From Octopus bimaculoides (lineage: Eukaryota), in contig NC_068986.1 of NCBI RefSeq assembly GCF_001194135.2, positions 7,606,219 to 7,670,218 on the forward strand: a stretch of DNA of 64,000 nt. The letters are read 5' to 3'. The translations under genes were made by a program, and so were the position numbers. Of the stretch, positions 25,725 to 39,327 are shown in pieces; positions within the stretch are counted from its first letter, which is position 1, and each line of letters opens with the position of its first letter. A model generated the notes under the pieces. The model ran no database searches and had not been told where the DNA came from. It saw only the letters and a list, made by a program, of their open reading frames with translations.

Positions 25725-26485
25725 TGAAATTCTATGAAATATATTCAAAAAGCATACTGTATGATACTACACTCCTGGATAATAAAAAACAATGGAAATG
25801 TATGGAGTAGCAGAGAATATGAGAAGCCTTATACGGAATAGCATGGAATGCTGGAGAACGGAATTGGCAGAAGGGAAGCAAGTATTAGAAGAGGTGAAAA
25901 TCAAGAGAGGAATCTTCTAGTGGGAGACTATGTCCCCACTGTTATTCGTGCTGGGAATGATCATTTTGAGTGAAATACTACAGAAAACAAAGTTGGAGCA
26001 TGATCTGGGAAAACTAAACCACTTGCTATTCATGGACGACGTGAAGCTATTCACAAAAACTGAGGTAGAACTGGACAGCCTAGTCCAGTATGTGCGGATT
26101 TTCTCTAATGACGTTAAGATGGAGTTTTTGTAGTCTGAGAATGTGAAACAACAGTGATGAGATGAGGAAAGCTTGCCAGGATAGAAGGGTTAGGGTTAGG
26201 GTTAGGATTTTGCTAGTCTCCGACTCCGCCATTCTGTCCTATATGGTGAAATGATGGAAGCAATTCAACCTTAATCCAGCTATAAATACCTGGGAATACT
26301 TGAAGCTGATGGAATCAAATAGCACGACGTGAAGGAAAAGATAAAAAGAGATTACCTGCGGCGAGTGAGAAAAATATTGATTTCAAAGCTGAGTGCCAGA
26401 AACATAATTTCGGCAATAAACTCGCGCGTAGTTGTAGCAGTTCGTTATGGTGCTGGATTCCTGAAATCGAACTCGAGAGCGTAAG
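25725..26485 (+). mobile_element. R4/Dong-like LINE RT core fragment
   Basis: KKAY..LHSWII, IKRGIF*, MSPLLFVLGM, LNHLLFMDDVKLF (catalytic FMDD), YKYLGILEADGI, ISAINSRVVVAVRYGAG; stops. Confidence 0.85.
26186..26206 (+). repeat. Short interstitial TTAGGG run
   Basis: agggTTAGGGTTAGGGTTAGG within the LINE RT fragment. Confidence 0.7.
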
Positions 26486-26607
26486 GATATACCTAGCCTA
26501 AAGTAAGGAAACCTTGCTAGTGACAGTTAGGAACGAGGGAGTATAGAGACCAGAAAAAAAGGGGAAAAGGAAGAATTACAAAAAGGGCATAAGAAGATTA
26601 CGCAATT

Positions 26608-26733
26608 TATAGACCTCGAAAGAATGAAAGGCAAAGTCGACCACGGTGGAATTTGAACTCAGAACGGAGCGACGGGCGAAATATCGCTAAGCATTCCCGC
26701 CAGGGTGCTAAACCATTCTGCCAGCTCGCCGCT
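26608..26733 (-). mobile_element. tRNA-derived SINE, family A (5' half)
   Basis: Similar to 5930-6054. Confidence 0.8.
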
Positions 26734-26734
26734 T

Positions 26735-26752
26735 TAATAATAATAATGATAT

Positions 26753-26802
<50 letters not shown>

Positions 26803-26826
26803 ATAATAATAATAATAATAATAATA
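26735..26826. repeat. (TAA)n/(TAC)n compound microsatellite
   Basis: Direct reading. Confidence 0.9.
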
Positions 26827-27388
26827 GCGAAAGTGCTACACTGGAATCTGTGCGACAATTGAGGGCTAGAGAGAGGCAAGACGTGGTATGAGTACAAACC
26901 GCAGAGAATGGCGGAGTCGGAGACATGTAAAATCCTTCCAATTTAAATAGATCTGGTGCAAGAGCATAACAGACCGGATATATTGGTGGCCGAGAAGATG
27001 CACCACATGTGCTATATAGTTGATGTTGCATGCCCCTTTGACCCACGAGCACTGAAGAAGGAAGGTTTAATGTACGAAATAGTACTTAGTACGAAATAGC
27101 CCGGCTGTGGAAAATGAAGAAGGTGAAGATTGTGCCAATTATTGTTGGATCCTTGGGAAAAGTATCAGAAGGCATCAAGAGAAATATAAAGGAAATTGGA
27201 ATAGAGTGCCCAGTCGAATTGTTACAAAAGGTTTGTCTTCTTGGCACAGCCTAAATAATCAGGAAAGTATCAGATAGCTGATTAAGAATGGATAGTATGG
27301 TACAGTAGGCTGCAAGCGGCAACGCCGCGACGCTTGCAAGACGCCAGGAATTACAACAAAACCTGAGATAAAAAGAAAAATGATAATA
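26824..27388 (+). mobile_element. R4/Dong-like LINE 3' fragment (REL endonuclease and 3' UTR)
   Basis: IAKVLHWNLCD...WYEYKP...HNRPDILV...CYIVDVACPFD...KKE...IVPIIVGSLG...LLQKVCLLGTA*IIRKV; starts in (TAA)n and ends in (GAT)n. Confidence 0.85.
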
Positions 27389-27389
27389 G

Positions 27390-27461
<72 letters not shown>
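27389..27461. repeat. (GAT)n microsatellite at the LINE 3' end
   Basis: Direct reading. Confidence 0.95.
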
Positions 27462-27464
<3 letters not shown>

Positions 27465-28437
27465 CGGCAGTGTGTTATCATTAAAACGGCTCCTGATTAT
27501 ATGGCATGTGTTTAGGTTATAAAATTAGAGTTGATTAGCACAGATGTTACATGTGAAGACATAATCTTCCAATGTGTTACATAAAATATCTATTATACTT
27601 ATAATATTTGTAATTTAAATATATCCATTCTTATAAAGACGCCAAAGTTAATTCCTCCCGAATTAAGTCACTCTTCTCCATAGAAAACGTGTCAAGTGAA
27701 AATGAGAAAGATGACGTGAATTAAGGAAGGGAAAATAGTCAATTGGAAATTCAGTGAGATTCAAAAGAAAATACTATTTAAAAAAAATTGAAGTTGATAG
27801 ATGTAATGCAGTATCCACCTTGAGAGAAAATAGAGGTGTTTGGTTACTATCGTGCTATTCATGGCTTTTTCAAAGAAGTCCTAGATAGCAGATTTGATCG
27901 GCATCAGGCCGCAATGAGGTTTTCTGACATTAATCCATGCCGAGTAAATTTTACCTTTCCTGGTTTAATGAAACTTTTCCCGAGAAGTGCTGGCATTGAT
28001 TTAATGAAATTTATGTCATCACTCCCCCACGAAATAATCATTTGTGGTCGTTCATGCAACTAGAAATCATTACGTTTAAGTTTGTATATTTGAATAAAGT
28101 ACACTGAAAAATTTAAATTTCCTGTTTTGTGAAATGCTGGCAAATCTTTAGAATAGAATACTAATGGTAAAGACTTGTTCGTGAGATATAACAAGATCGA
28201 AATATTTACTTCCCATCGCCAAATTATTAAAAAAATCTTTTGTGACTGTCTGAAGAGGAAAAAAATTGGTGTAGTTAAAAGTTGCCACAAGCAATCTCAA
28301 TGTTAAGTTATTCATGAATGAAGTTTCGGGAATCAAATATTGTCAGGGATAGCTAATTGTTTTGTGATTGTCTGTGTGTTTGCGTGTATGTGTGTGTATG
28401 TGTTCCTGTGTGTTTGTTTGTGAGTGTGTGTGTGTGT

Positions 28438-28471
<34 letters not shown>

Positions 28472-28538
28472 TATGCGTGTATCAATGCCTTCCCTTACCT
28501 ATTCAACTATAAGAAGGGAACGGCTATGTTATTGATGT

Positions 28539-28776
28539 ATTCTTTTATTCTTTTACTTGTTTCAGTCGTTTGACGGCGGTCATGCTGGAGCACTGCCTCG
28601 AAACTATTTAGTCGAATAAATCGTCTGCAGAACTTTTCAAAGCCTACTACTTATTTTGCTGGTGTCTTTTGCTGAACCGTTAAAGTTACGGGGACGTAAA
28701 CGCACATGTCAGTCAGTGGTGGGGTACAGACGTAAACACAAAAGCACACACGCGCATAGATATGCACACACACACG

Positions 28777-28822
<46 letters not shown>

Positions 28823-28966
28823 CGGTGGACTTCTTTCAGTTTCCGTCCACCAAATCCACACACAAGGCTTTGGTCGAATACACTTGCCCAAGGTGCCACA
28901 CACCGGGACTGAACCCGGAACCATGTGACTGGGAAGCAAACCGCTTACCACATAGCCATGCCTGTA
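28539..28966 (-). mobile_element. tRNA-derived SINE, family B, with internal (CA)n
   Basis: Minus head caggcatggctatgtggtaagcggtttgcttcccagtcacatggttccgggttcagtccc has A- and B-box-like motifs; the 3' part matches 63831-63966. Confidence 0.75.
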
Positions 28967-31938
28967 TTAACACAGTGTGTATCTGAGTTCAAATTAATGT
29001 ATTGTTAATCAGCTTTAGTGTGTGTAACGTGTATGTCTGTGCATGTATGAGAATGTGAATGAGTGTGTTTGTATGTATTGTATATGTCATTCATTGTATT
29101 GCATATCAGAGCGGTCTTGGAAACAAAAGAGATACAATGCTTAAATATATTCGAAGCAGATAATAAAATTATGGTCCTTCTAAAAACACGCAATCGTATA
29201 TCTTTTATCTTTCTCGACATCCGCACAAGCATATCATCTCTGTTATCAATGCCATCAATAGTCCGTATTTTGTGTCTATGTGAATGATTGTGTTGTGTAT
29301 GTGTACATTCCACCATTTGTGTATTAGTGTGTGTATTAGTGTGTGTATATGTGTATGCATGTAAGCCAGTAACGTTATGGATACAAAGCAGACACAATGA
29401 TAGAAGATAAAAATATCTTTATAAAAGAGCCGCATTTAAGACAATATGTGTTGATAGATTAAAAGAAATAGACGTTGATATGTATTCTAAACGATTAATG
29501 AGACGATGGGCATCGTGAACGGAGAGATTCATGGACGGTATTTTTTTATACTAATACTAATCACATATATTGAAGCAATGCATGTTAATGTATTTAAAAA
29601 TTATACGTTTCTACATATTCTAATCAGATAATGAGATAATCAGCATTTAAAATGCACGGATTCATGTGTTTTCGATAACCAACCACGTATATCATGTTTG
29701 TTAAAAAACAGCACGTTTCACTCGACAGAAATCAATAATTTGAACAGCGATAGTCACTTGCTAAATACAGCTGAATCTTTTCGAAAATTGACTTTCATTT
29801 TGACAATTAGTGTCTGTTCTTAAATTTCTCGTCAACATGTTACACAATCAAATGATCAAATGATTAAAAACTACTCTTCATTATGCTGCCTAAACACTGC
29901 GAGCTAGAGAAACCAGATCAAAGACAATAAAGAGTGGAAGAAAAGAGAGAATACGTCAACCAAATAGCCGACAGCAAAAGACATCAACAAATAGACGCAA
30001 AATAAAAAATATATATATATAGTGGCTTAAAAATACCACCAAAGGCAAAGAATACAACAACAGAACCAACATTATCTTGAAGGAAATACATTTGTGACGC
30101 GAACTATCAATAGGAAAAAAAATCACCACGGCATAGAACAAAGTATATCCACTGAAGAATACAAACATTCGCCTTGAAGCGGTTACGTAAATCAGCTTTG
30201 AGCTTGGATCCAAACTATGAATCTGAAGTTCTAGTTTAATGTCGAGGAGGGAGCCAAAACAAATCGGGAAAGAAGACAGATGAATCTGGAACTCATGTGG
30301 CAAACTCCATTTCACAATATTGCTAAACTCACAACTTTTACAGATGATGTTAACAAATAAAATCTTGAATGGAACCATCGTTTCTTAAAACGAATCGTAC
30401 ATATATATATATATATATATATATATCTTATTTGTACATTTTATGAATTTGAACTTTGAGGATTGCTAGGATGCAAAATTTTCCAGTAATTTAACTGCCT
30501 CAGACAAAGTGTAGATTTTTTTCAAGATATTTGTCAAAATATAATGCATATATGCATTACATTGTATATATGCAGGCTTGGGCGTATGTGCATGCGTATA
30601 TAAGTCTCTGTTTGAATGTATGTATACATGTATGCATTTATAAAAGAATGCATATACCTATATACGTATATACCTATATACGACGCAAGTTAAAGACTAC
30701 CGTTTAACATTTAAGAACCTAAATTCTTGTAATTAGTGCACCCCTTCATAATTAAGGTCAGACGATATTTACTGATATTTTCAATAAAACAGAATATCTC
30801 TAAGAACTGTTATTTGTCCAAAAATAATTCTTTTTGATAAACCAAGATATCTCCCTAGGAACTGATATTGACGAAAAATAATGTTTTGGGGATATATTTT
30901 AAAACTTTTCAAAAGCATACACGTCTTAGCAAAATTTAGAAATTAAGGAATCTCACTCTGCATCAACTCGTGTCGTCATAAACCTTCTTTCTCTCACTGC
31001 TAATACCAAACAAAAGTAGAATCGTTCAGGAATAGAGAGATTGTAGTTAATTGTTAAATATTTCTACTAAATTGAAATAATATTTTTTTTTCTGCATTCG
31101 TTTTTCGTTTTCAATTGTTACTTTATTTTACAAATTCTCACAATAGGTTAGCTGCAAACTGATGTTACAATTCCTTTCCATAGATAAATATGTTATTCTG
31201 TTCCTCACTCATCATTTGTGAGATAAACTAAAGCGCCCACCATCACCATCGCAGATAATAATGTCATCTTCAAGCTAAATAAACGAAGAGACAAGGAAAT
31301 TTTATATAAGATACAGACCTAGATTTAGCGGAGTCCCAGTTTTTGCAATGCCATGCTAATTGTAGACAAGTTAAGTCCTCAATGGGTATATTAAAGAAAA
31401 TATAACCAGACATATTTAATATGAAGAAGGTGGTTGCTCTGAATGACACCTTTTTTGCAACACACAGTATTTGAGACTGCCAGGAAGTTTTTGTAAGGAT
31501 TTGTAATACTAAATAACGGTTAAAAAATAGACAACGAACGTTTTCTATAAAAACAAACCGCAAACAAACTGCCAACAATTATTGATTCAGTTTAGTTCGA
31601 AATTTATCAATAATCTATGGTCTCTCCATTATGAACTGATTCAACATTTTTTCTCTTGGTAATAGCAGTGACTTCATGATTTAGAGAACGTTAGTGGATG
31701 CTTGGTGAGATTTTTGCCATAGATACAACGCCCTTCGCCAAATGTGGCATGGTTCATCCAAATATTCTCTGTCAGCCAATACTGACATCTGCTTCAAACG
31801 AAAACGAGATAAAGAAGCAGCTACACTATGAATCAAAACAGCTTTTGAATATCACATTCTATTTCTTCTGCAGTATTATTAACTGAGACAAGGCTGCCTG
31901 TAAGTGCCTATATACGTAAATATGCATGAATGCATGTG

Positions 31939-31973
<35 letters not shown>

Positions 31974-34711
31974 NNNNNNNNNNNNNNNNNNNNNNNNNNN
32001 GTATATAATGCAGACACGTACATACACATACATGTACATACATATAAATGCACATAATACTAACACACACACACATATCGCACGCACACACAAACACATA
32101 GCCTTTAATATAGTGCTGCAATGGTTTCATGCAAGTGTATACGCTATTATTCAATCGTGGATTGAATTCATGTGTAACCATAACTATCGTATTAACAACC
32201 GTGTTGGTCACCCACTCGTTACTAACATATATAAATACATGCATATATGTGCGAGCGTGTTTGTGTCTGTGTGTGGGTGCTTGCGAAAATGTAGAGGATT
32301 TGTTAAATTACATCACGCATACTTGATTTCATAGTCATTGAATTTTCTCAGTTCCTCTTTCTTCATTTGGTGTCAAATTTTTTAAACTGCGTGTAGGTGA
32401 GTGTTTTTAATTAGAGATTTGATATGCAGGGTTTTTTTTGTTGTTTTCAGATTTAATACCCTTCTGTTTTTCTTTTTTGCTTATCGTTTTCCAAATTGCT
32501 CTTTCAGTATTTTAATGATTCTTTTTAATCAATATTATTACCTTTTTTTTCTCTGTTTTAGGATGTGATCTGAACATTGCGAGACGACGTCATTCACCAA
32601 ATATTTATGTATTTTTATTAGATTTTTAGGACGATCGATTGAAGTGGTCGTTGATTGTCAACAAAAATAAAGAAGTACGGAAAAGTGAAGGAAATAAACT
32701 TCCCAATTTCTAACGAGCTTACAGCATTTTAAATAATCACCCGGCTCGGGAGCATCGTTGAAAACGAATTTTTCTATTCTCCTCGCATTTATCTTTTCTC
32801 TTTTCCAATTGGTTAAAGAAATGCGTTTACTGAAATGCTATATTTTGAATTGTTTTTGAATTATTTTATTGAAATTATTTTGTTTAAAAACTAAATAATG
32901 GCGAAAGTGAGAGGAATAGTTTAGATTGGAGGTGAGACACTTTCTCCCATGTTTTTAGTTCTGTATATTACTCCAAGTGCTTACAAAATCATTTTAAATA
33001 TGCTAGTAGACTTTGGTTTTGAGTCATACTCAGTCATATTGAATCATAATGAATGATATAAATCATATTTAACATGGTCGTTTTATTTCAACCTTAGTAC
33101 TAATAAATTTATTCGTAGTATCACACTCTGAGTATTGACTGACAAATTCTAGTTAGGTCAAAGATTGACTTAGAAAGGAACTGTTCCAAATACGAGAGTG
33201 TAAACTAGCAAATTATCATTTTCATCTTTCATTTCTCTGTAGTCTGTCGAATAATTCATTTTAACGATGAATAATAAATTGGTTTTCAAAGAACGTAGAA
33301 GCAGTGCTATTCAAGTCTTCGCCAACGTTTCCATTCTTTTGCTTGTAAGAACTCAATGTAGAAATGGTTTACATCTTGCCTTAGAGGCATCTGGAACGCC
33401 TCAAAACCATATATGAACGTAAGAACTATCATTAATGTTAATAAATTTTATTCAAGCTTTAGGTTTTGAATTTAATTGATTAAAAGTTTTCTTTATTCCA
33501 TTTAATTAAAGATGTTAACACGTACTGAAAGTATCCTTTGGAAATATCACCTCTCGTTATTTAAAAATTATTTAGTAAATAATTCTAAAACAAACACTAT
33601 ATTATTTCCTCTCAGCCGTTCTATCAACTAGTTTGTACTTATAATTTTTCAGCTGTTCTGCGGAGCAGTATGTATGTGTTAAACACCGAAGAGAATTAAG
33701 TCCCGAAACGTGCCAAAAGTGTTCACTTTCTGGGATGAGAGTTATCACCATGGACACCGATACGCTTCACTTTCCATTTCACGAATCCATATAATTTTAA
33801 TGAAATTATATTTCAAAGTTCTCTCCCTTGCTCTCACTGAAAAGAATTACCATTCACACAATTACTTTTTCTTTTTATTTCAGATTTAAGTTGGTCAAAA
33901 CCTATTTTATTACTCCTGCATTAATCATGTTAGTCCACACATAACTATGAAGATACAATTATTAAAACTAAATAGTTATTAACGTAGACTACATAATTAA
34001 AACCTTATATAAAATTTACTATAACTTTGGTCTCATTAATTGCATTCGGTTGTTACTATTTTTGTTTTGTTTGATGAAAGATATATCTTGTTATGGACAT
34101 CTCAAACTAATTTCAGGCACATTGTCTCTAAGGATACATTATTTTGAATATCCAAGTTAGCTCATATGAAACTAATTATAAAAATGTAACCTTAATTTGA
34201 AAAAATATATCAAACAAGCCAATCTATAAGATTGAAGAGGAAATTTGTAAAATATCTTTTAACATAAGTGGAGAGGCTATATAAGAGAAGCAAACCTCCA
34301 TGCGAGTAAAAAAAAAACTATCAATTTCCATTTCGTTCTTTCTGTTTATTTCAAACCGTAATGGATTCCAGAGAGCAATGTCACAGTTAATTTATATTTC
34401 TGTCAGCTTGGAATAAATATTCATACTAATTCTAATTATGTTATTAAGCTCGAGTGTAATTTCCATTGCGCAATAGAGTATCTTCCAGTGCATATATATC
34501 TGGTAACTCTGAGGACATTGAAGTTATTAAAGACTAATGAAAATTAGCATGAATTATTCTTGAGACACATTTAATAACATTTGACGATTATTTTTCCATT
34601 AGACGCTGTAAACAGTCTCAAATATAGGACAAAGTTATGGTTCCAGACATATGTAGCCATAAAATAAAACAAAAAAAACTCTTAATAATTCTTGTCATTT
34701 TTTCTGCTTCA

Positions 34712-34830
34712 ATTCTTCTTCTTCTTCTTCTTCTTCTTCTTCTTCTTCTTCTTCTTCTTCTTCTTCTTCTTCTTCTTCTTCTCCTCCACCACCTATCCTC
34801 CTCCTCCTCCTCCTCCTCCTCTTCCTTCTT
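34712..34830. repeat. (TTC)n/(CCT)n microsatellite
   Basis: Direct reading; explains poly-L/F/R ORFs. Confidence 0.95.
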
Positions 34831-36884
34831 CTCTACTCCTTTGCTTTTTGTCAAACCGACTTCTTCAAAACATTAACGGTTGCAGTGGTTATATTAAATA
34901 GATACAATTGATAAACGCAATGTTGTTAATTATATTGATTAAAGACCAGCACCTGAAATATCTAAACTTTGATTAGCATTATGGTTTTGAGAGAATGGTT
35001 TGTGGCTTGCAAGATGTTTGTGTATTCAAGATGTTTGTGGTCAGACAATGCTTCTTGTACAGTAAAGAATACATTCTACAGAGTAAAAACAATTCACTCA
35101 GAGAGGCAGTAGTAGCAGCATAAAAATATGAAATAGTTGATGGGGCCTGTAATGCAAAATGGAGCGCGCAGAAGAGTACTTGTGTATGTGTTTGTGTGTG
35201 CCTTTATATGTGTATTTACGTGTTTGTGTGTGTATGTGTTTGTATGTGCTTGTGTGTATGAATGTGTGTGAGGTGCGAATTGTAACCAGGCTGGGAGACG
35301 GTTTAATCTAAGTGTTACGAGAAGGAGCCACCGAAATATGAATGAAATCTGCCACTGGGAAACCCCAATAAAATACGTTCAAAAGCAAAACTTACGTCAA
35401 AGGAAGCAAATCTGCACCAAAGTAACAAGAGAGTGTGTCGCATATAACAACTGGATGACGTAGAAGTGTGTGTGTGTGTGGAGGTGGGGGGGGGGGTGAA
35501 CGACACCGCAAAGCAAAAGGATGAGATATTACGCTGAATGTGCTCAACAAAATTTGGAGAAAAAGGAATACAGAAAGTGTATTACATTTATATAATTATT
35601 TCGTATTTCGGAGTGGTTGGAAAGATTTAGTGAAGTCAGTAGTAAAGCCAAATTTGGCAAGAGTCCCGAATCACTAACTGCTTTATAAAGACTGCCGAAC
35701 ATGTGATGAGAGGGAAATATTTACCTTATTCATGCATGTCTTTTATTACATTAGCTGAGTGTTACAAGGTACACATTTATTGTGAGAGGTTGAAGGGAAA
35801 TTTCACTTAAATATCAGTTCATCGAACAATCCTATGAAGCCAGAAGCTGTGGCGGTGGAATCTGAAGGTTGGAAAGAGATGTAGTTAACACAAATGCAAT
35901 GTAAACAAACCTCTCCCCCTATTCATTATTATTTCATGCACAATGTGTATATAACACAGATTCTTTAACCATGCTGCATCTTACAATTTCCACGATCGAT
36001 CTAAAACTTATTTCTATCTCTAAATCTTTCAGTCTTCCTCGTCATAACTACAAATTTTAGTTATTCCAACACAATTTGTTTCATTTTCTAGAGTGACGCA
36101 TTGTAATATGATGTAACTTTAGTAAAACAATTTTTGAATATTCATTAATCTTCGAGCGCATAACTGGAAGATGGTTTAATAAAGCAATTTTATGGGTAAA
36201 TAGAAAAGACGCAACGTCGCCATGTTAGAGTGAAACGAACCCTTAACACAGAGGTTAGCACTCGAAATGTTATAAATTTGTCAGTTGCGACTCTCTTTAG
36301 ATTGATAAAGTTTGTATATATCTCCCTTTTAATCTATGTTATAGAAAGTAATCAATATCTATCATAAAATCAATTTATCATCATTATTCAAAATAATCTA
36401 TTTTATAGATCTTTATTATTTTGAGATTAAATTGAAAAATGTTTAAGCTATTTAAATCTAACAATTGAAATTAAATTAACAATTTTCTCAATTCTGCAAC
36501 CTAATGCAAACATATTTTCACTTGGTAGTGTTTTTAAATTAAGTAAAAATAGGAAAAGATGGGAAATAAAACGAAGTTAGATGTTAAATCAAATATTTTA
36601 TTGCGATTTGCCATGTAAGTTGCAAGAAACTAAATGAAAATACAAAAACCAGTGAAACTCATATATTAATGTGGTTACTGAATGAAATTTAATAAAACAC
36701 ATCTGCTTTTTAAATCATTGCTTTTCATATTTATATGTTGACAATAAAGATAACACTGTTGAACAAGGGCGAGATGAGGTTGGGCTTACGTTTTCATTAT
36801 CTATTTTGGCCGGTTCATTTCTTCCTTGAGGAGCAAAATGCAAAGCTTATAGCATTTATATCCTGTTTCAGCAATTTTAGAGGA

Positions 36885-37033
36885 GGGGGTAGTCAATAAC
36901 ATGCACCCCAGTATTCAAATGGTACTTATTTTATCGACTTCATCAAAAATGAAAAGCAAAGTCGACGGACTTTGAACTCAGAACGTAAGGAGGGACGAAA
37001 TACCGTGGTGAAGATTCTGCTAATTCGCCGCTT
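36885..37033 (-). mobile_element. Diverged SINE family A copy
   Basis: ggtacttattttatcgac...aaagtcgac...tttgaactcagaacgta...gacgaaatacc...ttcgccgc aligns to 5822-6054. Confidence 0.7.
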
Positions 37034-37468
37034 TAATAACCGCTGTAAAATTAATCTAAAATAATCTATTAACTAATCAACTCAGTAATTGAACATTAAA
37101 GTTCGAGGAGGTTACGCAAATCATTCACTCTGCTTCAAAGCTTCTCTCTATTTTCACATGAAAAGTAACTCACTTTTGGCTCTTTTCCTGTTACATTGTG
37201 TTTGAAGTCATATTTATATCAAACTGTGTTACTAAAATTTATAACATTATCCGAGTTCAGCATACGAAATAGAATTTCACAATGCAGTTGGAGTACAACT
37301 AACTGTAGCGAAAAATTAATATGAGTGGATTTGAATTCTGATGATGTTTTTGAGAGACGGCTCTACACTTTATATTATTTACATTCTCTGTCGATATACG
37401 GTGAAAATATAAACACATACACACTCTCCGCAAACACTTGCACATACATTTACTCACACATACGCTTA

Positions 37469-37529
<61 letters not shown>

Positions 37530-37649
37530 GACTTCATCCGATGCATAAATATATGGTAAAAATAAAGAGGAAACTGGTTGTATTCTGAAGGCACAAAAAA
37601 TGTCACAAGCGTCTCTCTGTAAGCTATATTGAGATGAACTTTCTATCCT

Positions 37650-38530
37650 CCGACCGTACAATTGCTCTACTGCTGCACAGTCCCATTTTATCACCAGAAA
37701 TCAACTGAACTGCTTCTTTTCTTGCACCAACATTTTATACCCATTAATGAAATTCTCATTATAACTGACAATTCCATTAACATTCTAGATGTCGCTGTTG
37801 CTATTAACATCTACCAGTTTATTGATTTCTAGCTCCTGTCTGAACTATTTAGCACTTATCCACACAATACATGTTAATCTTTTATACACTTTTCCTATCA
37901 TTCTTGGCCTCCGTCTTCCCAGTAGCAAGTTACTTCCTTCTCTAAATCCATGGTGATGGCGTCTTCGATCACGTTACCATCAATTCACTGAGTCAGATCT
38001 ATCGGCTATGATACCAATCTCCAACAGAGCATGCACACATGTGCAGTCTTCATTACTCTTTCGCTCTTCTTATCATCCTCTCATTAAATTTCCGATTCTC
38101 TTACTCCTTTGCTTTTACTTCTCTCTTTCCAAAGAGACAGAAACATGCTCGATTAATTTCCATACATTTGCTGGTCTCAATCACAATTAGACTTTTGCTT
38201 TCAAATACTCTCGCTCAACATTCTTCTCTTGACACTTCATTTTAAAGAACATAACCATAACCAACCCGAAATCACTATACATTTTTTACTCATAACTTTA
38301 GCATACTACTGCATTACATACAATCTTTGCAAAATAATACGTCCTTTAAGTAATGGTTTCGTGACTATCTTCACCACACTCACCGCTGCGCTCAGACCAA
38401 GTACGGAACGAAACTCTTGAGTTGTAGTTAGTCGGTTGTTAACAATAAAGTCTCTAAACGTCACAATATCCATATTCCTGTAAAGATTAAACTCATTGGC
38501 ATATCTCCACGCTACAAACCGTATCACACA
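37650..38530 (+). mobile_element. Heavily degraded Penelope-like element (RT thumb to GIY-YIG)
   Basis: NSINILDVAVAI (about 37770) resembles SINFLDV; a weak CxxC/YG-like segment near 38380; many stops. Confidence 0.4.
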
Positions 38531-39113
38531 GAGCCCTTAATAAATGATAACCATTTTTTCTTAAAACAATTTTTAAGTATATTCTTAAAATCAAATATTC
38601 ATCTCACCCTTTCGTTAAGGCTACTGATCCACAATACTTTCCCCACTCCCTTACCAGTAATAGTTCATGTCAACGTTCACTTAAGCACGTCACCTCTACT
38701 CAACTTTATCTCCGTGTATCGGCCTCTACTTAGACATGTAAATTAAACTTCTTTTATTTTCACACACACGCTAGCACAAGTAATTTTCACGAATACTTTC
38801 GCCACTGTACATAGCTTCTAGTTTTAAATACTTTATTTTCTTTTTCATCCATTACGAAAACTACCTCCGTTTGCTTATCCTTTTAATCTTCACCTGCATT
38901 GCATTCTGACCTCTTATATCTCAATAATATCTAAAAACGGCGCCAGATGAAAGACGTTTACTCTTCAGACCAGAGATTCTTCTTGAAACGTCAGATTTCT
39001 TTTCTTTGCACGGAACATGAAGTTATCGAAATCCACGAACTTCTCAGCATTTCTATGTATTTGTATCTATCTCTGTACATATGTGTACACGTACGAGTGT
39101 ATGCACGTGCATG

Positions 39114-39117
<4 letters not shown>

Positions 39118-39204
<87 letters not shown>
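39118..39204. repeat. (CA)n microsatellite
   Basis: Direct reading. Confidence 0.95.
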
Positions 39205-39207
<3 letters not shown>

Positions 39208-39327
39208 AACACATATTTATCCCTATATGTATGTATATATGTGTTTGATTATTTCAAAATGCAAATTGACACGTGATATATATCTTGAATATTTCTTATC
39301 TTATATGTATGCCTATGCTTTTATGTA

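Noticed and set aside
27836-28290. Overlapping ORFs and an apparent 105-nt minus exon (LHERPQMIISWGSDD...)
   Set aside because: Part of the region resembles an old family A SINE, and no protein similarity is recognisable.
29956-30378. 140-aa hydrophobic minus ORF vaguely like Cys-loop receptor M1-M2 (RR..FFPIDSS..K)
   Set aside because: No C-x13-C loop and wrong spacings; hydrophobicity follows from the T-rich strand. An HMM search would settle it.
33684-33725. ccgaaga...gtcccgaaacgtg hammerhead-like string
   Set aside because: Core mismatches, unpaired stem II and no adjacent stem I.
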